Of a stretch of DNA of 64,000 nucleotides, positions 43,301 to 59,177 are shown one piece after another. The translations under genes and the position numbers were made by a program. Source of the DNA: Auanema rhodensis (Eukaryota; Animalia; Nematoda). The stretch spans positions 20,832,001 through 20,896,000 of the forward strand of contig OZ059894.1 of the NCBI GenBank assembly GCA_964057225.1. Reading direction: 5' to 3'. How positions within the stretch are numbered: position 1 is the stretch's first letter; each line of letters opens with the position of its first letter. The notes beneath the pieces are model-generated. The model did not search any database and was not told the origin of the DNA. It saw only the letters and a list, made by a program, of their open reading frames with translations.

Positions 43301-46300
43301 ATTTTTAAGCTAGCGCAAATCTGATAACACAGATCGACGCAGCTTAAAAATCCGCATCGAATGCACTATACTACATTGAGAAACGCTTAATACAAAAATT
43401 AGTTATGATCGTTTGAAAAATGATGCATTAGTGTATGTTGAGTTTCCATGTACACTCAACATTGCTTCCAAAAACATTTTGACAAAAATTTTTTCGAAAA
43501 ATTTCAAAATAATTTAGCAAAAAGTAGATGTTTTCAGATTCCTTTTTTCAAGGCAAAGACGATGGACAATGTTATTCAACGAAAAAATTAATTCTTCAGG
43601 GTGAAAATCGAGGATATAAGTGTGAACTTATATCAGTTGATATCTCGGTGCATTTTTAAGCTAGCGCAAATCTGATAACACAGATCGACGCAACTTAAAA
43701 ATCCGCATCGAATGCACTATACTACATTGAGAAACGCTTAATACAAAAATTAGTTATGATCGTTTGAAAAATGATGCATTAGTGTATGTTGAGTTTCCAT
43801 GTACACTCAACATTGCTTCCAAAAACATTTTGACAAAAATTTTTTCGAAAAATTTCAAAATAATTTAGCAAAAAGTAGATGTTTTTAGATTCCATTTTTC
43901 AAGGCAAAGACGATGGACAATGTTATTCAACGAAAAAATTGATTCTTCAGGGTGAAAATCGAGGATATAAGTGTGAACTTATATCAGTTGATATCTCGGT
44001 GCATTTTTAAGCTAGCGCAAATCTGATAACACAGATCGACGCAACTTAAAAATCCGCATCGAATGCACTATACTACATTGAGAAACGTTTAATACAAAAA
44101 TTAGTTATGATCGTTTGAAAAATGATGCATTAGTGTATGTTCAGTTTCCATGTACACTCAACATTGCTTCCAAAAACATTTTGACAAAAATTTTTTCGAA
44201 AAATTTCAAAATAATTTAGCAAAAAGTAGATGTTTTTAGATTCCTTTTTTCAAGGCAAAGACGATGGACAATGTTATTCAACGAAAAAATTAATTCTTCA
44301 GGGTGAAAATCGAGGATATAAGTGTGAACTTATATCAGTTGATATCTCGGTGCATTTTTAAGCTAGCGCAAATCTGATAACACAGATCGACGCAACTTAA
44401 AAATCCGCATCGAATGCACTATACTACATTGAGAAACGCTTAATACAAAAATTAGTTATGATCGTTTGAAAAATGATGCATTAGTGTATGTTGAGTTTCC
44501 ATGTACACTCAACATTGCTTCCAAAAACATTTTGACAAAAATTTTTTCGAAAAATTTCAAAATAATTTAGCAAAAAGTAGATGTTTTTAGATTCCATTTT
44601 TTAAGGCAAAGACGATGGACAATGTTATTCAACGAAAAAATTGATTCTTCAGGGTGAAAATCGAAGATATAAGTGTAAACTTATATCAGTTGATATCTCG
44701 GTGCATTTTTAAGCTAGCGCAAATCTGATAACACAGATCGACGCAGCTTAAAAATCCGCATCGAATGCACTATACTACATTGAGAAACGCTTAATACAAA
44801 AATTAGTTATGATCGTTTGAAAAATGATGCATTAGTGTATGTTGAGTTTCCATGTACACTCAACATTGCTTCCAAAAACATTTTGACAAAAATTTTTTCG
44901 AAAAATTTCAAAATAATTTAGCAAAAAGTAGATGTTTTCAGATTCCTTTTTTCAAGGCAAAGACGATGGACAATGTTATTCAACGAAAAAATTAATTCTT
45001 CAGGGTGAAAATCGAGGATATAAGTGTGAACTTATATCAGTTGATATCTCGGTGCATTTTTAAGCTAGCGCAAATCTGATAACACAGATCGACGCAACTT
45101 AAAAATCCGCATCGAATGCACTATACTACATTGAGAAACGCTTAATACAAAAATTAGTTATGATCGTTTGAAAAATGATGCATTAGTGTATGTTGAGTTT
45201 CCATGTACACTCAACATTGCTTCCAAAAACATTTTGACAAAAATTTTTTCGAAAAATTTCAAAATAATTTAGCAAAAAGTAGATGTTTTTAGATTCCATT
45301 TTTCAAGGCAAAGACGATGGACAATGTTATTCAACGAAAAAATTGATTCTTCAGGGTGAAAATCGAGGATATAAGTGTGAACTTATATCAGTTGATATCT
45401 CGGTGCATTTTTAAGCTAGCGCAAATCTGATAACACAGATCGACGCAACTTAAAAATCCGCATCGAATGCACTATACTACATTGAGAAACGTTTAATACA
45501 AAAATTAGTTATGATCGTTTGAAAAATGATGCATTAGTGTATGTTCAGTTTCCATGTACACTCAACATTGCTTCCAAAAACATTTTGACAAAAATTTTTT
45601 CGAAAAATTTCAAAATAATTTAGCAAAAAGTAGATGTTTTTAGATTCCTTTTTTCAAGGCAAAGACGATGGACAATGTTATTCAACGAAAAAATTAATTC
45701 TTCAGGGTGAAAATCGAGGATATAAGTGTGAACTTATATCAGTTGATATCTCGGTGCATTTTTAAGCTAGCGCAAATCTGATAACACAGATCGACGCAAC
45801 TTAAAAATCCGCATCGAATGCACTATACTACATTGAGAAACGCTTAATACAAAAATTAGTTATGATCGTTTGAAAAATGATGCATTAGTGTATGTTGAGT
45901 TTCCATGTACACTCAACATTGCTTCCAAAAACATTTTGACAAAAATTTTTTCGAAAAATTTCAAAATAATTTAGCAAAAAGTAGATGTTTTTAGATTCCA
46001 TTTTTTAAGGCAAAGACGATGGACAATGTTATTCAACGAAAAAATTGATTCTTCAGGGTGAAAATCGAAGATATAAGTGTAAACTTATATCAGTTGATAT
46101 CTCGGTGCATTTTTAAGCTAGCGCAAATCTGATAACACAGAACGACGCAGCTTAAAAATTCGCATCGAATGCACTATACTACATTGAGAAACGCTTAATA
46201 CAAAAATTAGTTATGATCGTTTGAAAAATGATGCATTAGTGTATGTTGAGTTTCCATGTACACTCAACATTGCTTCCAAAAACATTTTGACAAAAATTTT

Positions 46301-46334
46301 TTCGAAAAATTTCGATATAATTTAGCAAAAAGTA
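40368..46334. repeat. Dimeric higher-order tract (monomers 116-132) ending in a 4-monomer (1404-bp) duplication
   Basis: A17/G64 alternates with T17/A64/A167. TTTTCAGATT at 43535/44939 and ACGTTT plus TTCAG markers repeat at a 1404 offset. Confidence 0.85.
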
Positions 46335-49300
46335 GATGTTTTTGATTCCATTTTTCAAAGCAAAGACGATGGACAATGTTATTCAACGAAAAAATTAATT
46401 CTTCAGGGTGAAAATCGAGGATATAAGTGTGAACTTATATCAGTTGATATCTCGGTGCATTTTTAAGCTAGCGCAAATCTGATAACACAGATCGACGCAG
46501 CTTCAAAATCCGCATCGAATGCACTATACTACATTGAGAAACGCTTAATACAAAAATTAGTTATGATCGTTTGAAAAATGATGCATTAGTGTATGTTGAG
46601 TTTCCATGTACACTCAACATTGCTTCCAAAAACATTTTGACAAAAATTTTTTCGAGAAATTTCAAAATAATTTAGCAAAAAGTAGATGTTTTTAGATTCC
46701 TTTTTTCAAGGCAAAGACGATGGACAATGTTATTCAACGAAAAAATTAATTCTTCAGGGTGAAAATCGAGGATATAAGTGTGAACTTATATCAGTTGATA
46801 TCTCGGTGCATTTTTAAGCTAGCGCAAATCTGATAACACAGATCGACGCAGCTTCAAAATCCGCATCGAATGCACTATACTACATTGAGAAACGCTTAAT
46901 ACAAAAATTAGTTATGATCGTTTGAAAAATGATGCATTAGTGTATGTTGAGTTTCCATGTACACTCAACATTGCTTCCAAAAACATTTTGACAAAAATTT
47001 TTTCGAAAAATTTCAAAATAATTTAGCAAAAAGTAGATGTTTTTAGATTCCTTTTTTCAAGGCAAAGACGATGGACAATGTTATTCAACGAAAAAATTAA
47101 TTCTGCAGGGTGAAAATCGAGGATATAAGTGTGAACTTATATCAGTTGATATCTCGGTGCATTTTTAAGCTAGCGCAAATCTGATAACACAGATCGACGC
47201 AACTTAAAAATCCGCATCGAATGCACTACACTACATTGAGAAACGCTTAATACAAAAATTAGTTATGATCGTTTGAAAAATGATGCATTAGTGTATGTTG
47301 AGTTTCCATGTACACTCAACATTGCTTCCAAAAACATTTTGACAAAAATTTTTTCGAAAAATTTCGAAATAATTTAGCAAAAAGTAGATGTTTTTAGATT
47401 CCATTTTTCAAAGCAAAGACGATGGACAATGTTATTCAACGAAAAAATTAATTCTTCAGGGTGAAAATCGAGGATATAAGTGTGAACTTATATCAGTTGA
47501 TATCTCGGTGCATTTTTAAGCTAGCGCAAATCTGATAACACAGATCGACGCAACTTAAAAATCCGCATCGAATGCACTATACTACATTGAGAAACGCTTA
47601 ATACAAAAATTAGTTATGATCGTTTGAAAAATGATGCATTAGTGTATGTTCAGTTTCCATGTACACTCAACATTGCTTCCAAAAACATTTTGACAAAAAT
47701 TTTTTCGAAAAATTTCAAAATAATTTAGCAAAAAGTAGATGTTTTTAGATTCCTTTTTTCAAGGCAAAGACGATGGACAATGTTATTCAACGAAAAAATT
47801 AATTCTTCAGGGTGAAAATCGAGGATATAAGTGTGAACTTATATCAGTTGATATCTCGGTGCATTTTTAAGCTAGCGCAAATCTGATAACACAGATCGAC
47901 GCAACTTAAAAATCCGCATCGAATGCACTATACTACATTGAGAAACGCTTAATACAAAAATTAGTTATGATCGTTTGAAAAATGATGCATTAGTGTATGT
48001 TGAGTTTCCATGTACACTCAACATTGCTTCCAAAAACATTTTGACAAAAATTTTTTCGAAAAATTTCAAAATAATTTAGCAAAAAGTAGATGTTTTTAGA
48101 TTCCATTTTTTAAGGCAAAGACGATGGACAATGTTATTCAACGAAAAAATTGATTCTTCAGGGTGAAAATCGAAGATATAAGTGTAAACTTATATCAGTT
48201 GATATCTCGGTGCATTTTTAAGCTAGCGCAAATCTGATAACACAGAACGACGCAGCTTAAAAATTCGCATCGAATGCACTATACTACATTGAGAAACGCT
48301 TAATACAAAAATTAGTTATGATCGTTTGAAAAATGATGCATTAGTGTATGTTGAGTTTCCATGTACACTCAACATTGCTTCCAAAAACATTTTGACAAAA
48401 ATTTTTTCGAAAAATTTCGAAATAATTTAGCAAAAAGTAGATGTTTTTAGATTCCATTTTTCAAGGCAAAGACGATGGACAATGTTATTCAACGAAAAAA
48501 TTAATTCTTCAGGGTGAAAATCGAGGATATAAGTGTGAACTTATATCAGTTGATATCTCGGTGCATTTTTAAGCTAGCGCAAATCTGATAACACAGATCG
48601 ACGCAGCTTCAAAATCCGCATCGAATGCACTATACTACATTGAGAAACGCTTAATACAAAAATTAGTTATGATCGTTTGAAAAATGATGCATTAGTGTAT
48701 GTTGAGTTTCCATGTACACTCAACATTGCTTCCAAAAACATTTTGACAAAAATTTTTTCGAAAAATTTCGAAATAATTTAGCAAAAAGTAGATGTTTTTA
48801 GATTCCATTTTTCAAGGCAAAGACGATGGACAATGTTATTCAACGAAAAAATTAATTCTTCAGGGTGAAAATCGAGGATATAAGTGTGAACTTATATCAG
48901 TTGATATCTCGGTGCATTTTTAAGCTAGCGCAAATCTGATAACACAGATCGACGCAGCTTCAAAATCCGCATCGAATGCACTATACTACATTGAGAAACG
49001 CTTAATACAAAAATTAGTTATGATCGTTTGAAAAATGATGCATTAGTGTATGTTGAGTTTCCATGTACACTCAACATTGCTTCCAAAAACATTTTGACAA
49101 AAATTTTTTCGAAAAATTTCAAAATAATTTAGCAAAAAGTAGATGTTTTTAGATTCCTTTTTTCAAGGCAAAGACGATGGACAACGTTATTCAACGAAAA
49201 AATTAATTCTGCAGGGTGAAAATCGAGGATATAAGTGTGAACTTATATCAGTTGATATCTCGGTGCATTTTTAAGCTAGCGCAAATCTGATAACACAGAT

Positions 49301-52300
49301 CGACGCAACTTAAAAATCCGCATCGAATGCACTATACTACATTGAGAAACGCTTAATACAAAAATTAGTTATGATCGTTTGAAAAATGATGCATTAGTGT
49401 ATGTTGAGTTTCCATGTACACTCAACATTGCTTCCAAAAACATTTTGACAAAAATTTTTTCGAAAAATTTCGAAATAATTTAGCAAAAAGTAGATGTTTT
49501 TAGATTCCATTTTTCAAAGCAAAGACGATGGACAATGTTATTCAACGAAAAAATTAATTCTTCAGGGTGAAAATCGAGGATATAAGTGTGAACTTATATC
49601 AGTTGATATCTCGGTGCATTTTTAAGCTAGCGCAAATCTGATAACACAGATCGACGCAGCTTCAAAATCCGCATCGAATGCACTATACTACATTGAGAAA
49701 CGCTTAATACAAAAATTAGTTATGATCGTTTGAAAAATGATGCATTAGTGTATGTTGAGTTTCCATGTACACTCAACATTGCTTCCAAAAACATTTTGAC
49801 AAAAATTTTTTCGAGAAATTTCAAAATAATTTAGCAAAAAGTAGATGTTTTTAGATTCCTTTTTTCAAGGCAAAGACGATGGACAATGTTATTCAACGAA
49901 AAAATTAATTCTTCAGGGTGAAAATCGAGGATATAAGTGTGAACTTATATCAGTTGATATCTCGGTGCATTTTTAAGCTAGCGCAAATCTGATAACACAG
50001 AACGACGCAGCTTAAAAATTCGCATCGAATGCACTATACTACATTGAGAAACGCTTAATACAAAAATTAGTTATGATCGTTTGAAAAATGATGCATTAGT
50101 GTATGTTGAGTTTCCATGTACACTCAACATTGCTTCCAAAAACATTTTGACAAAAATTTTTTCGAAAAATTTCAAAATAATTTAGCAAAAAGTAGATGTT
50201 TTTAGATTCCATTTTTCAAGGCAAAGACGATGGACAATGTTATTCAACGAAAAAATTGATTCTTCAGGGTGAAAATCGAGGATATAAGTGTGAACTTATA
50301 TCAGTTGATATCTCGGTGCATTTTTAAGCTAGTGCAAATCTGATAACACAGATCGACGCAGCTTAAAAATCCGCATCGAATGCACTATACTACATTGAGA
50401 AACGCTTAATACAAAAATTAGTTATGATCGTTTGAAAAATGATGCATTAGTGTATGTTGAGTTTCCATGTACACTCAACATTGCTTCCAAAAACATTTTG
50501 ACAAAAATTTTTTCGAAAAATTTCAAAATAATTTAGCAAAAAGTAGATGTTTTTAGATTCCTTTTTTCAAGGCAAAGACGATGGACAATGTTATTCAACG
50601 AAAAAATTAATTCTTCAGGGTGAAAATCGAGGATATAAGTGTGAACTTATATCAGTTGATATCTCGGTGCATTTTTAAGCTAGCGCAAATCTGATAACAC
50701 AGATCGACGCAACTTAAAAATCCGCATCGAATGCACTATACTACATTGAGAAACGCTTAATACAAAAATTAGTTATGATCGTTTGAAAAATGATGCATTA
50801 GTGTATGTTGAGTTTCCATGTACACTCAACATTGCTTCCAAAAACATTTTGACAAAAATTTTTTCGAAAAATTTCAAAATAATTTAGCAAAAAGTAGATG
50901 TTTTTAGATTCCATTTTTCAAGGCAAAGACGATGGACAATGTTATTCAACGAAAAAATTGATTCTTCAGGGTGAAAATCGAGGATATAAGTGTGAACTTA
51001 TATCAGTTGATATCTCGGTGCATTTTTAAGCTAGCGCAAATCTGATAACACAGATCGACGCAGCTTAAAAATCCGCATCGAATGCACTATACTACATTGA
51101 GAAACGCTTAATACAAAAATTAGTTATGATCGTTTGAAAAATGATGCATTAGTGTATGTTGAGTTTCCATGTACACTCAACATTGCTTCCAAAAACATTT
51201 TGACAAAAAATTTTTCGAAAAATTTCAAAATAATTTAGCAAAAAGTAGATGTTTTTAGATTCCATTTTTCAAGGCAAAGACGATGGACAATGTTATTCAA
51301 CGAAAAAATTGATTCTTCAGGGTGAAAATCGAGGATATAAGTGTGAACTTATATCAGTTGATATCTCGGTGCATTTTTAAGCTAGTGCAAATCTGATAAC
51401 ACAGATCGACGCAGCTTAAAAATCCGCATCGAATGCACTATACTACATTGAGAAACGCTTAATACAAAAATTAGTTATGATCGTTTGAAAAATGATGCAT
51501 TAGTGTATGTTGAGTTTCCATGTACACTCAACATTGCTTCCAAAAACATTTTGACAAAAATTTTTTCGAAAAATTTCAAAATAATTTAGCAAAAAGTAGA
51601 TGTTTTTAGATTCCTTTTTTCAAGGCAAAGACGATGGACAATGTTATTCAACGAAAAAATTAATTCTTCAGGGTGAAAATCGAGGATATAAGTGTGAACT
51701 TATATCAGTTGATATCTCGGTGCATTTTTAAGCTAGCGCAAATCTGATAACACAGATCGACGCAACTTAAAAATCCGCATCGAATGCACTATACTACATT
51801 GAGAAACGCTTAATACAAAAATTAGTTATGATCGTTTGAAAAATGATGCATTAGTGTATGTTGAGTTTCCATGTACACTCAACATTGCTTCCAAAAACAT
51901 TTTGACAAAAATTTTTTCGAAAAATTTCAAAATAATTTAGCAAAAAGTAGATGTTTTTAGATTCCATTTTTCAAGGCAAAGACGATGGACAATGTTATCC
52001 AACGAAAAAATTGATTCTTCAGGGTGAAAATCGAGGATATAAGTGTGAACTTATATCAGTTGATATCTCGGTGCATTTTTAAGCTAGCGCAAATCTGATA
52101 ACACAGATCGACGCAGCTTAAAAATCCGCATCGAATGCACTATACTACATTGAGAAACGCTTAATACAAAAATTAGTTATGATCGTTTGAAAAATGATGC
52201 ATTAGTGTATGTTGAGTTTCCATGTACACTCAACATTGCTTCCAAAAACATTTTGACAAAAAATTTTTCGAAAAATTTCAAAATAATTTAGCAAAAAGTA

Positions 52301-55300
52301 GATGTTTTTAGATTCCTTTTTTCAAGGCAAAGACGATGGACAATGTTATTCAACGAAAAAATTAATTCTTCAGGGTGAAAATCGAGGATATAAGTGTGAA
52401 CTTATATCAGTTGATATCTCGGTGCATTTTTAAGCTAGCGCAAATCTGATAACACAGATCGACGCAACTTAAAAATCCGCATCGAATGCACTATACTACA
52501 TTGAGAAACGCTTAATACAAAAATTAGTTATGATCGTTTGAAAAATGATGCATTAGTGTATGTTGAGTTTCCATGTACACTCAACATTGCTTCCAAAAAC
52601 ATTTTGACAAAAATTTTTTCGAAAAATTTCAAAATAATTTAGCAAAAAGTAGATGTTTTTAGATTCCATTTTTCAAGGCAAAGACGATGGACAATGTTAT
52701 TCAACGAAAAAATTGATTCTTCAGGGTGAAAATCGAGGATATAAGTGTGAACTTATATCAGTTGATATCTCGGTGCATTTTTAAGCTAGCGCAAATCTGA
52801 TAACACAGATCGACGCAGCTTAAAAATCCGCATCGAATGCACTATACTACATTGAGAAACGCTTAATACAGAAATTAGTTATGATCGTTTGAAAAATGAT
52901 GCATTAGTGTATGTTGAGTTTCCATGTACACTCAACATTGCTTCCAAAAACATTTTGACAAAAATTTTTTCGAAAAATTTCAAAATAATTTAGCAAAAAG
53001 TAGATGTTTTTAGATTCCTTTTTTCAAGGCACAGACGATGGACAATGTTATTCAACGAAAAAATTAATTCTTCAGGGTGAAAATCGAGGATATAAGTGTG
53101 AACTTATATCAGTTGATATCTCGGTGCATTTTTAAGCTAGCGCAAATCTGATAACACAGATCGACGCAACTTAAAAATCCGCATCGAATGCACTATACTA
53201 CATTGAGAAACGCTTAATACAAAAATTAGTTATGATCGTTTGAAAAATGATGCATTAGTGTATGTTGAGTTTCCATGTACACTCAACATTGCTTCCAAAA
53301 ACATTTTGACAAAAATTTTTTCGAAAAATTTCAAAATAATTTAGCAAAAAGTAGATGTTTTTAGATTCCATTTTTCAAGGCAAAGACGATGGACAATGTT
53401 ATTCAACGAAAAAATTGATTCTTCAGGGTGAAAATCGAGGATATAAGTGTGAACTTATATCAGTTGATATCTCGGTGCATTTTTAAGCTAGCGCAAATCT
53501 GATAACACAGATCGACGCAACTTAAAAATCCGCATCGAATGCACTATACTACATTGAGAAACGCTTAATACAAAAATTAGTTATGATCGTTTGAAAAATG
53601 ATGCATTAGTGTATGTTGAGTTTCCATGTACACTCAACATTGCTTCCAAAAACATTTTGACAAAAATTTTTTCGAAAAATTTCAAAATAATTTAGCAAAA
53701 AGTAGATGTTTTTAGATTCCATTTTTCAAGGCAAAGACGATGGACAATGTTATTCAACGAAAAAATTGATTCTTCAGGGTGAAAATCGAGGATATAAGTG
53801 TGAACTTATATCAGTTGATATCTCGGTGCATTTTTAAGCTAGTGCAAATCTGATAACACAGATCGACGCAGCTTAAAAATCCGCATCGAATGCACTATAC
53901 TACATTGAGAAACGCTTAATACAAAAATTAGTTATGATCGTTTGAAAAATGATGCATTAGTGTATGTTGAGTTTCCATGTACACTCAACATTGCTTCCAA
54001 AAACATTTTGACAAAAATTTTTTCGAAAAATTTCAAAATAATTTAGCAAAAAGTAGATGTTTTTAGATTCCTTTTTTCAAGGCAAAGACGATGGACAATG
54101 TTATTCAACGAAAAAATTAATTCTTCAGGGTGAAAATCGAGGATATAAGTGTGAACTTATATCAGTTGATATCTCGGTGCATTTTTAAGCTAGCGCAAAT
54201 CTGATAACACAGATCGACGCAACTTAAAAATCCGCATCGAATGCACTATACTACATTGAGAAACGCTTAATACAAAAATTAGTTATGATCGTTTGAAAAA
54301 TGATGCATTAGTGTATGTTGAGTTTCCATGTACACTCAACATTGCTTCCAAAAACATTTTGACAAAAATTTTTTCGAAAAATTTCAAAATAATTTAGCAA
54401 AAAGTAGATGTTTTTAGATTCCATTTTTCAAGGCAAAGACGATGGACAATGTTATCCAACGAAAAAATTGATTCTTCAGGGTGAAAATCGAGGATATAAG
54501 TGTGAACTTATATCAGTTGATATCTCGGTGCATTTTTAAGCTAGCGCAAATCTGATAACACAGATCGACGCAGCTTAAAAATCCGCATCGAATGCACTAT
54601 ACTACATTGAGAAACGCTTAATACAAAAATTAGTTATGATCGTTTGAAAAATGATGCATTAGTGTATGTTGAGTTTCCATGTACACTCAACATTGCTTCC
54701 AAAAACATTTTGACAAAAAATTTTTCGAAAAATTTCAAAATAATTTAGCAAAAAGTAGATGTTTTTAGATTCCTTTTTTCAAGGCAAAGACGATGGACAA
54801 TGTTATTCAACGAAAAAATTAATTCTTCAGGGTGAAAATCGAGGATATAAGTGTGAACTTATATCAGTTGATATCTCGGTGCATTTTTAAGCTAGCGCAA
54901 ATCTGATAACACAGATCGACGCAACTTAAAAATCCGCATCGAATGCACTATACTACATTGAGAAACGCTTAATACAAAAATTAGTTATGATCGTTTGAAA
55001 AATGATGCATTAGTGTATGTTGAGTTTCCATGTACACTCAACATTGCTTCCAAAAACATTTTGACAAAAATTTTTTCGAAAAATTTCAAAATAATTTAGC
55101 AAAAAGTAGATGTTTTTAGATTCCTTTTTTCAAGGCACAGACGATGGACAATGTTATTCAACGAAAAAATTAATTCTTCAGGGTGAAAATCGAGGATATA
55201 AGTGTGAACTTATATCAGTTGATATCTCGGTGCATTTTTAAGCTAGCGCAAATCTGATAACACAGATCGACGCAACTTAAAAATCCGCATCGAATGCACT

Positions 55301-56555
55301 ATACTACATTGAGAAACGCTTAATACAAAAATTAGTTATGATCGTTTGAAAAATGATGCATTAGTGTATGTTGAGTTTCCATGTACACTCAACATTGCTT
55401 CCAAAAACATTTTGACAAAAATTTTTTCGAAAAATTTCAAAATAATTTAGCAAAAAGTAGATGTTTTTAGATTCCATTTTTCAAGGCAAAGACGATGGAC
55501 AATGTTATTCAACGAAAAAATTGATTCTTCAGGGTGAAAATCGAGGATATAAGTGTGAACTTATATCAGTTGATATCTCGGTGCATTTTTAAGCTAGCGC
55601 AAATCTGATAACACAGATCGACGCAACTTAAAAATCCGCATCGAATGCACTATACTACATTGAGAAACGCTTAATACAAAAATTAGTTATGATCGTTTGA
55701 AAAATGATGCATTAGTGTATGTTCAGTTTCCATGTACACTCAACATTGCTTCCAAAAACATTTTGACAAAAATTTTTTCGAAAAATTTCAAAATAATTTA
55801 GCAAAAAGTAGATGTTTTTAGATTCCTTTTTTCAAGGCAAAGACGATGGACAATGTTATTCAACGAAAAAATTAATTCTTCAGGGTGAAAATCGAGGATA
55901 TAAGTGTGAACTTATATCAGTTGATATCTCGGTGCATTTTTAAGCTAGCGCAAATCTGATAACACAGATCGACGCAACTTAAAAATCCGCATCGAATGCA
56001 CTATACTACATTGAGAAACGCTTAATACAAAAATTAGTTATGATCGTTTGAAAAATGATGCATTAGTGTATGTTGAGTTTCCATGTACACTCAACATTGC
56101 TTCCAAAAACATTTTGACAAAAATTTTTTCGAAAAATTTCAAAATAATTTAGCAAAAAGTAGATGTTTTTAGATTCCTTTTTTCAAGGCAAAGACGATGG
56201 ACAATGTTATTCAACGAAAAAATTAATTCTTCAGGGTGAAAATCGAGGATATAAGTGTGAACTTATATCAGTTGATATCTCGGTGCATTTTTAAGCTAGC
56301 GCAAATCTGATAACACAGATCGACGCAACTTAAAAATCCGCATCGAATGCACTATACTACATTGAGAAACGCTTAATACAAAAATTAGTTATGATCGTTT
56401 GAAAAATGATGCATTAGTGTATGTTGAGTTTCCATGTACACTCAACATTGCTTCCAAAAACATTTTGACAAAAATTTTTTCGAAAAATTTCGAAATAATT
56501 TAGCAAAAAGTAGATGTTTTTAGATTCCATTTTTCAAAGCAAAGACGATGGACAA

Positions 56556-58634
56556 TGTTATTCAACGAAAAAATTAATTCTTCAGGGTGAAAATCGAGGA
56601 TATAAGGGTGAACTTATATCAGTTGATATCTCGGTGCATTTTTAAGCTAGCGCAAATCTGATAACACCGATCGACGCAGCTTCAAAATCCGCATCGAATG
56701 CACTATACTACATTGAGAAACGCTTAATACAAAAATTAGTTATGATCGTTTGAAAAATGATGCATTAGTGTATGTTGAGTTTCCATGTACACTCAACATT
56801 GCTTCCAAAAACATTTTGACAAAAATTTTTTCGAAAAATTTCAAAATAATTTAGCAAAAAGTAGATGTTTTTAGATTCCTTTTTTCAAGGCAAAGACGAT
56901 GGACAATGTTATTCAACGAAAAAATTAATTCTGCAGGGTGAAAATCGAGGATATAAGTGTGAACTTATATCAGTTGATATCTCGGTGCATTTTTAAGCTA
57001 GCGCAAATCTGATAACACAGATCGACGCAACTTAAAAATCCGCATCGAATGCACTATACTACATTGAGAAACGCTTAATACAAAAATTAGTTATGATCGT
57101 TTGAAAAATGATGCATTAGTGTATGTTGAGTTTCCATGTACACTCAACATTGCTTCCAAAAACATTTTGACAAAAATTTTTTCGAAAAATTTCGAAATAA
57201 TTTAGCAAAAAGTAGATGTTTTTAGATTCCATTTTTCAAAGCAAAGACGATGGACAATGTTATTCAACGAAAAAATTAATTCTTCAGGGTGAAAATCGAG
57301 GATATAAGTGTGAACTTATATCAGTTGATATCTCGGTGCATTTTTAAGCTAGCGCAAATCTGATAACACAGATCGACGCAGCTTCAAAATCCGCATCGAA
57401 TGCACTATACTACATTGAGAAACGCTTAATACAAAAATTAGTTATGATCGTTTGAAAAATGATGCATTAGTGTATGTTGAGTTTCCATGTACACTCAACA
57501 TTGCTTCCAAAAACATTTTGACAAAAATTTTTTCGAGAAATTTCAAAATAATTTAGCAAAAAGTAGATGTTTTTAGATTCCTTTTTTCAAGGCAAAGACG
57601 ATGGACAATGTTATTCAACGAAAAAATTAATTCTTCAGGGTGAAAATCGAGGATATAAGTGTGAACTTATATCAGTTGATATCTCGGTGCATTTTTAAGC
57701 TAGCGCAAATCTGATAACACAGATCGACGCAGCTTCAAAATCCGCATCGAATGCACTATACTACATTGAGAAACGCTTAATACAAAAATTAGTTATGATC
57801 GTTTGAAAAATGATGCATTAGTGTATGTTGAGTTTCCATGTACACTCAACATTGCTTCCAAAAACATTTTGACAAAAATTTTTTCGAAAAATTTCAAAAT
57901 AATTTAGCAAAAAGTAGATGTTTTTAGATTCCTTTTTTCAAGGCAAAGACGATGGACAATGTTATTCAACGAAAAAATTAATTCTTCAGGGTGAAAATCG
58001 AGGATATAAGTGTGAACTTATATCAGTTGATATCTCGGTGCATTTTTAAGCTAGCGCAAATCTGAAAACACAGATCGACGCAACTTAAAAATCCGCATCG
58101 AATGCACTATACTACATTGAGAAACGCTTAATACAAAAATTAGTTATGATCGTTTGAAAAATGATGCATTAGTGTATGTTGAGTTTCCATGTACACTCAA
58201 CATTGCTTCCAAAAACATTTTGACAAAAATTTTTTCGAAAAATTTCAAAATAATTTAGCAAAAAGTAGATGTTTTTAGATTCCATTTTTCAAGGCAAAGA
58301 CGATGGACAATGTTATTCAACGAAAAAATTGATTCTTCAGGGTGAAAATCGAGGATATAAGTGTGAACTTATATCAGTTGATATCTCGGTGCATTTTAAA
58401 GCTAGTGCAAATCTGATAACACAGATCGACGCAGCTTAAAAATCCGCATCGAATGCACTATACTACATTGAGAAACGCTTAATACAAAAATTAGTTATGA
58501 TCGTTTGAAAAATGATGCATTAGTGTATGTTGAGTTTCCATGTACACTCAACATTGCTTCCAAAAACATTTTGACAAAAATTTTTTCGAAAAATTTCAAA
58601 ATAATTTAGCAAAAAGTAGATGTTTTTAGATTCC
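56556..58634. repeat. Copy 1 of the ~2.08-kb direct duplication flanking the island
   Basis: Ordered rare markers TAAGGGTG (56607), ACACCGA, CTGCAG, AAAGC, CTGAAAAC, TTTTAAAGCTAGTGC. Confidence 0.88.
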
Positions 58635-59177
58635 TTTTTTCAAGGCACAGACGATGGACAATGTTATTCAACGAAAAAATTAATTCTTCAGGGTGAAAAT
58701 CGAGGATATAAGTGTGAACTTATATCAGTTGATATCTCGGTGCATTTTTAAGCTAGCGCAAATCTGATAACACAGATCGACGCAACTTAAAAATCCGCAT
58801 CGAATGCACTATACTACATTGAGAAACGCTTAATACAAAAATTAGTTATGATCGTTTGAAAAATGATGCATTAGTGTATGTTGAGTTTCCATGTACACTC
58901 AACATTGCTTCCAAAAACATTTTGACAAAAATTTTTTCGAAAAATTTCAAAATAATTTAGCAAAAAGTAGATGTTTTTAGATTCCATTTTTCAAGGCAAA
59001 GACGATGGACAATGTTATTCAACGAAAAAATTGATTCTTCAGGGTGAAAATCGAGGATATAAGTGTGAACTTATATCAGTTGATATCTCGGTGCATTTTT
59101 AAGCTAGTGCAAATCTGATAACACAGATCGACGCAGCTTAAAAATCCGCATCGAATGCACTATACTACATTGAGAAA

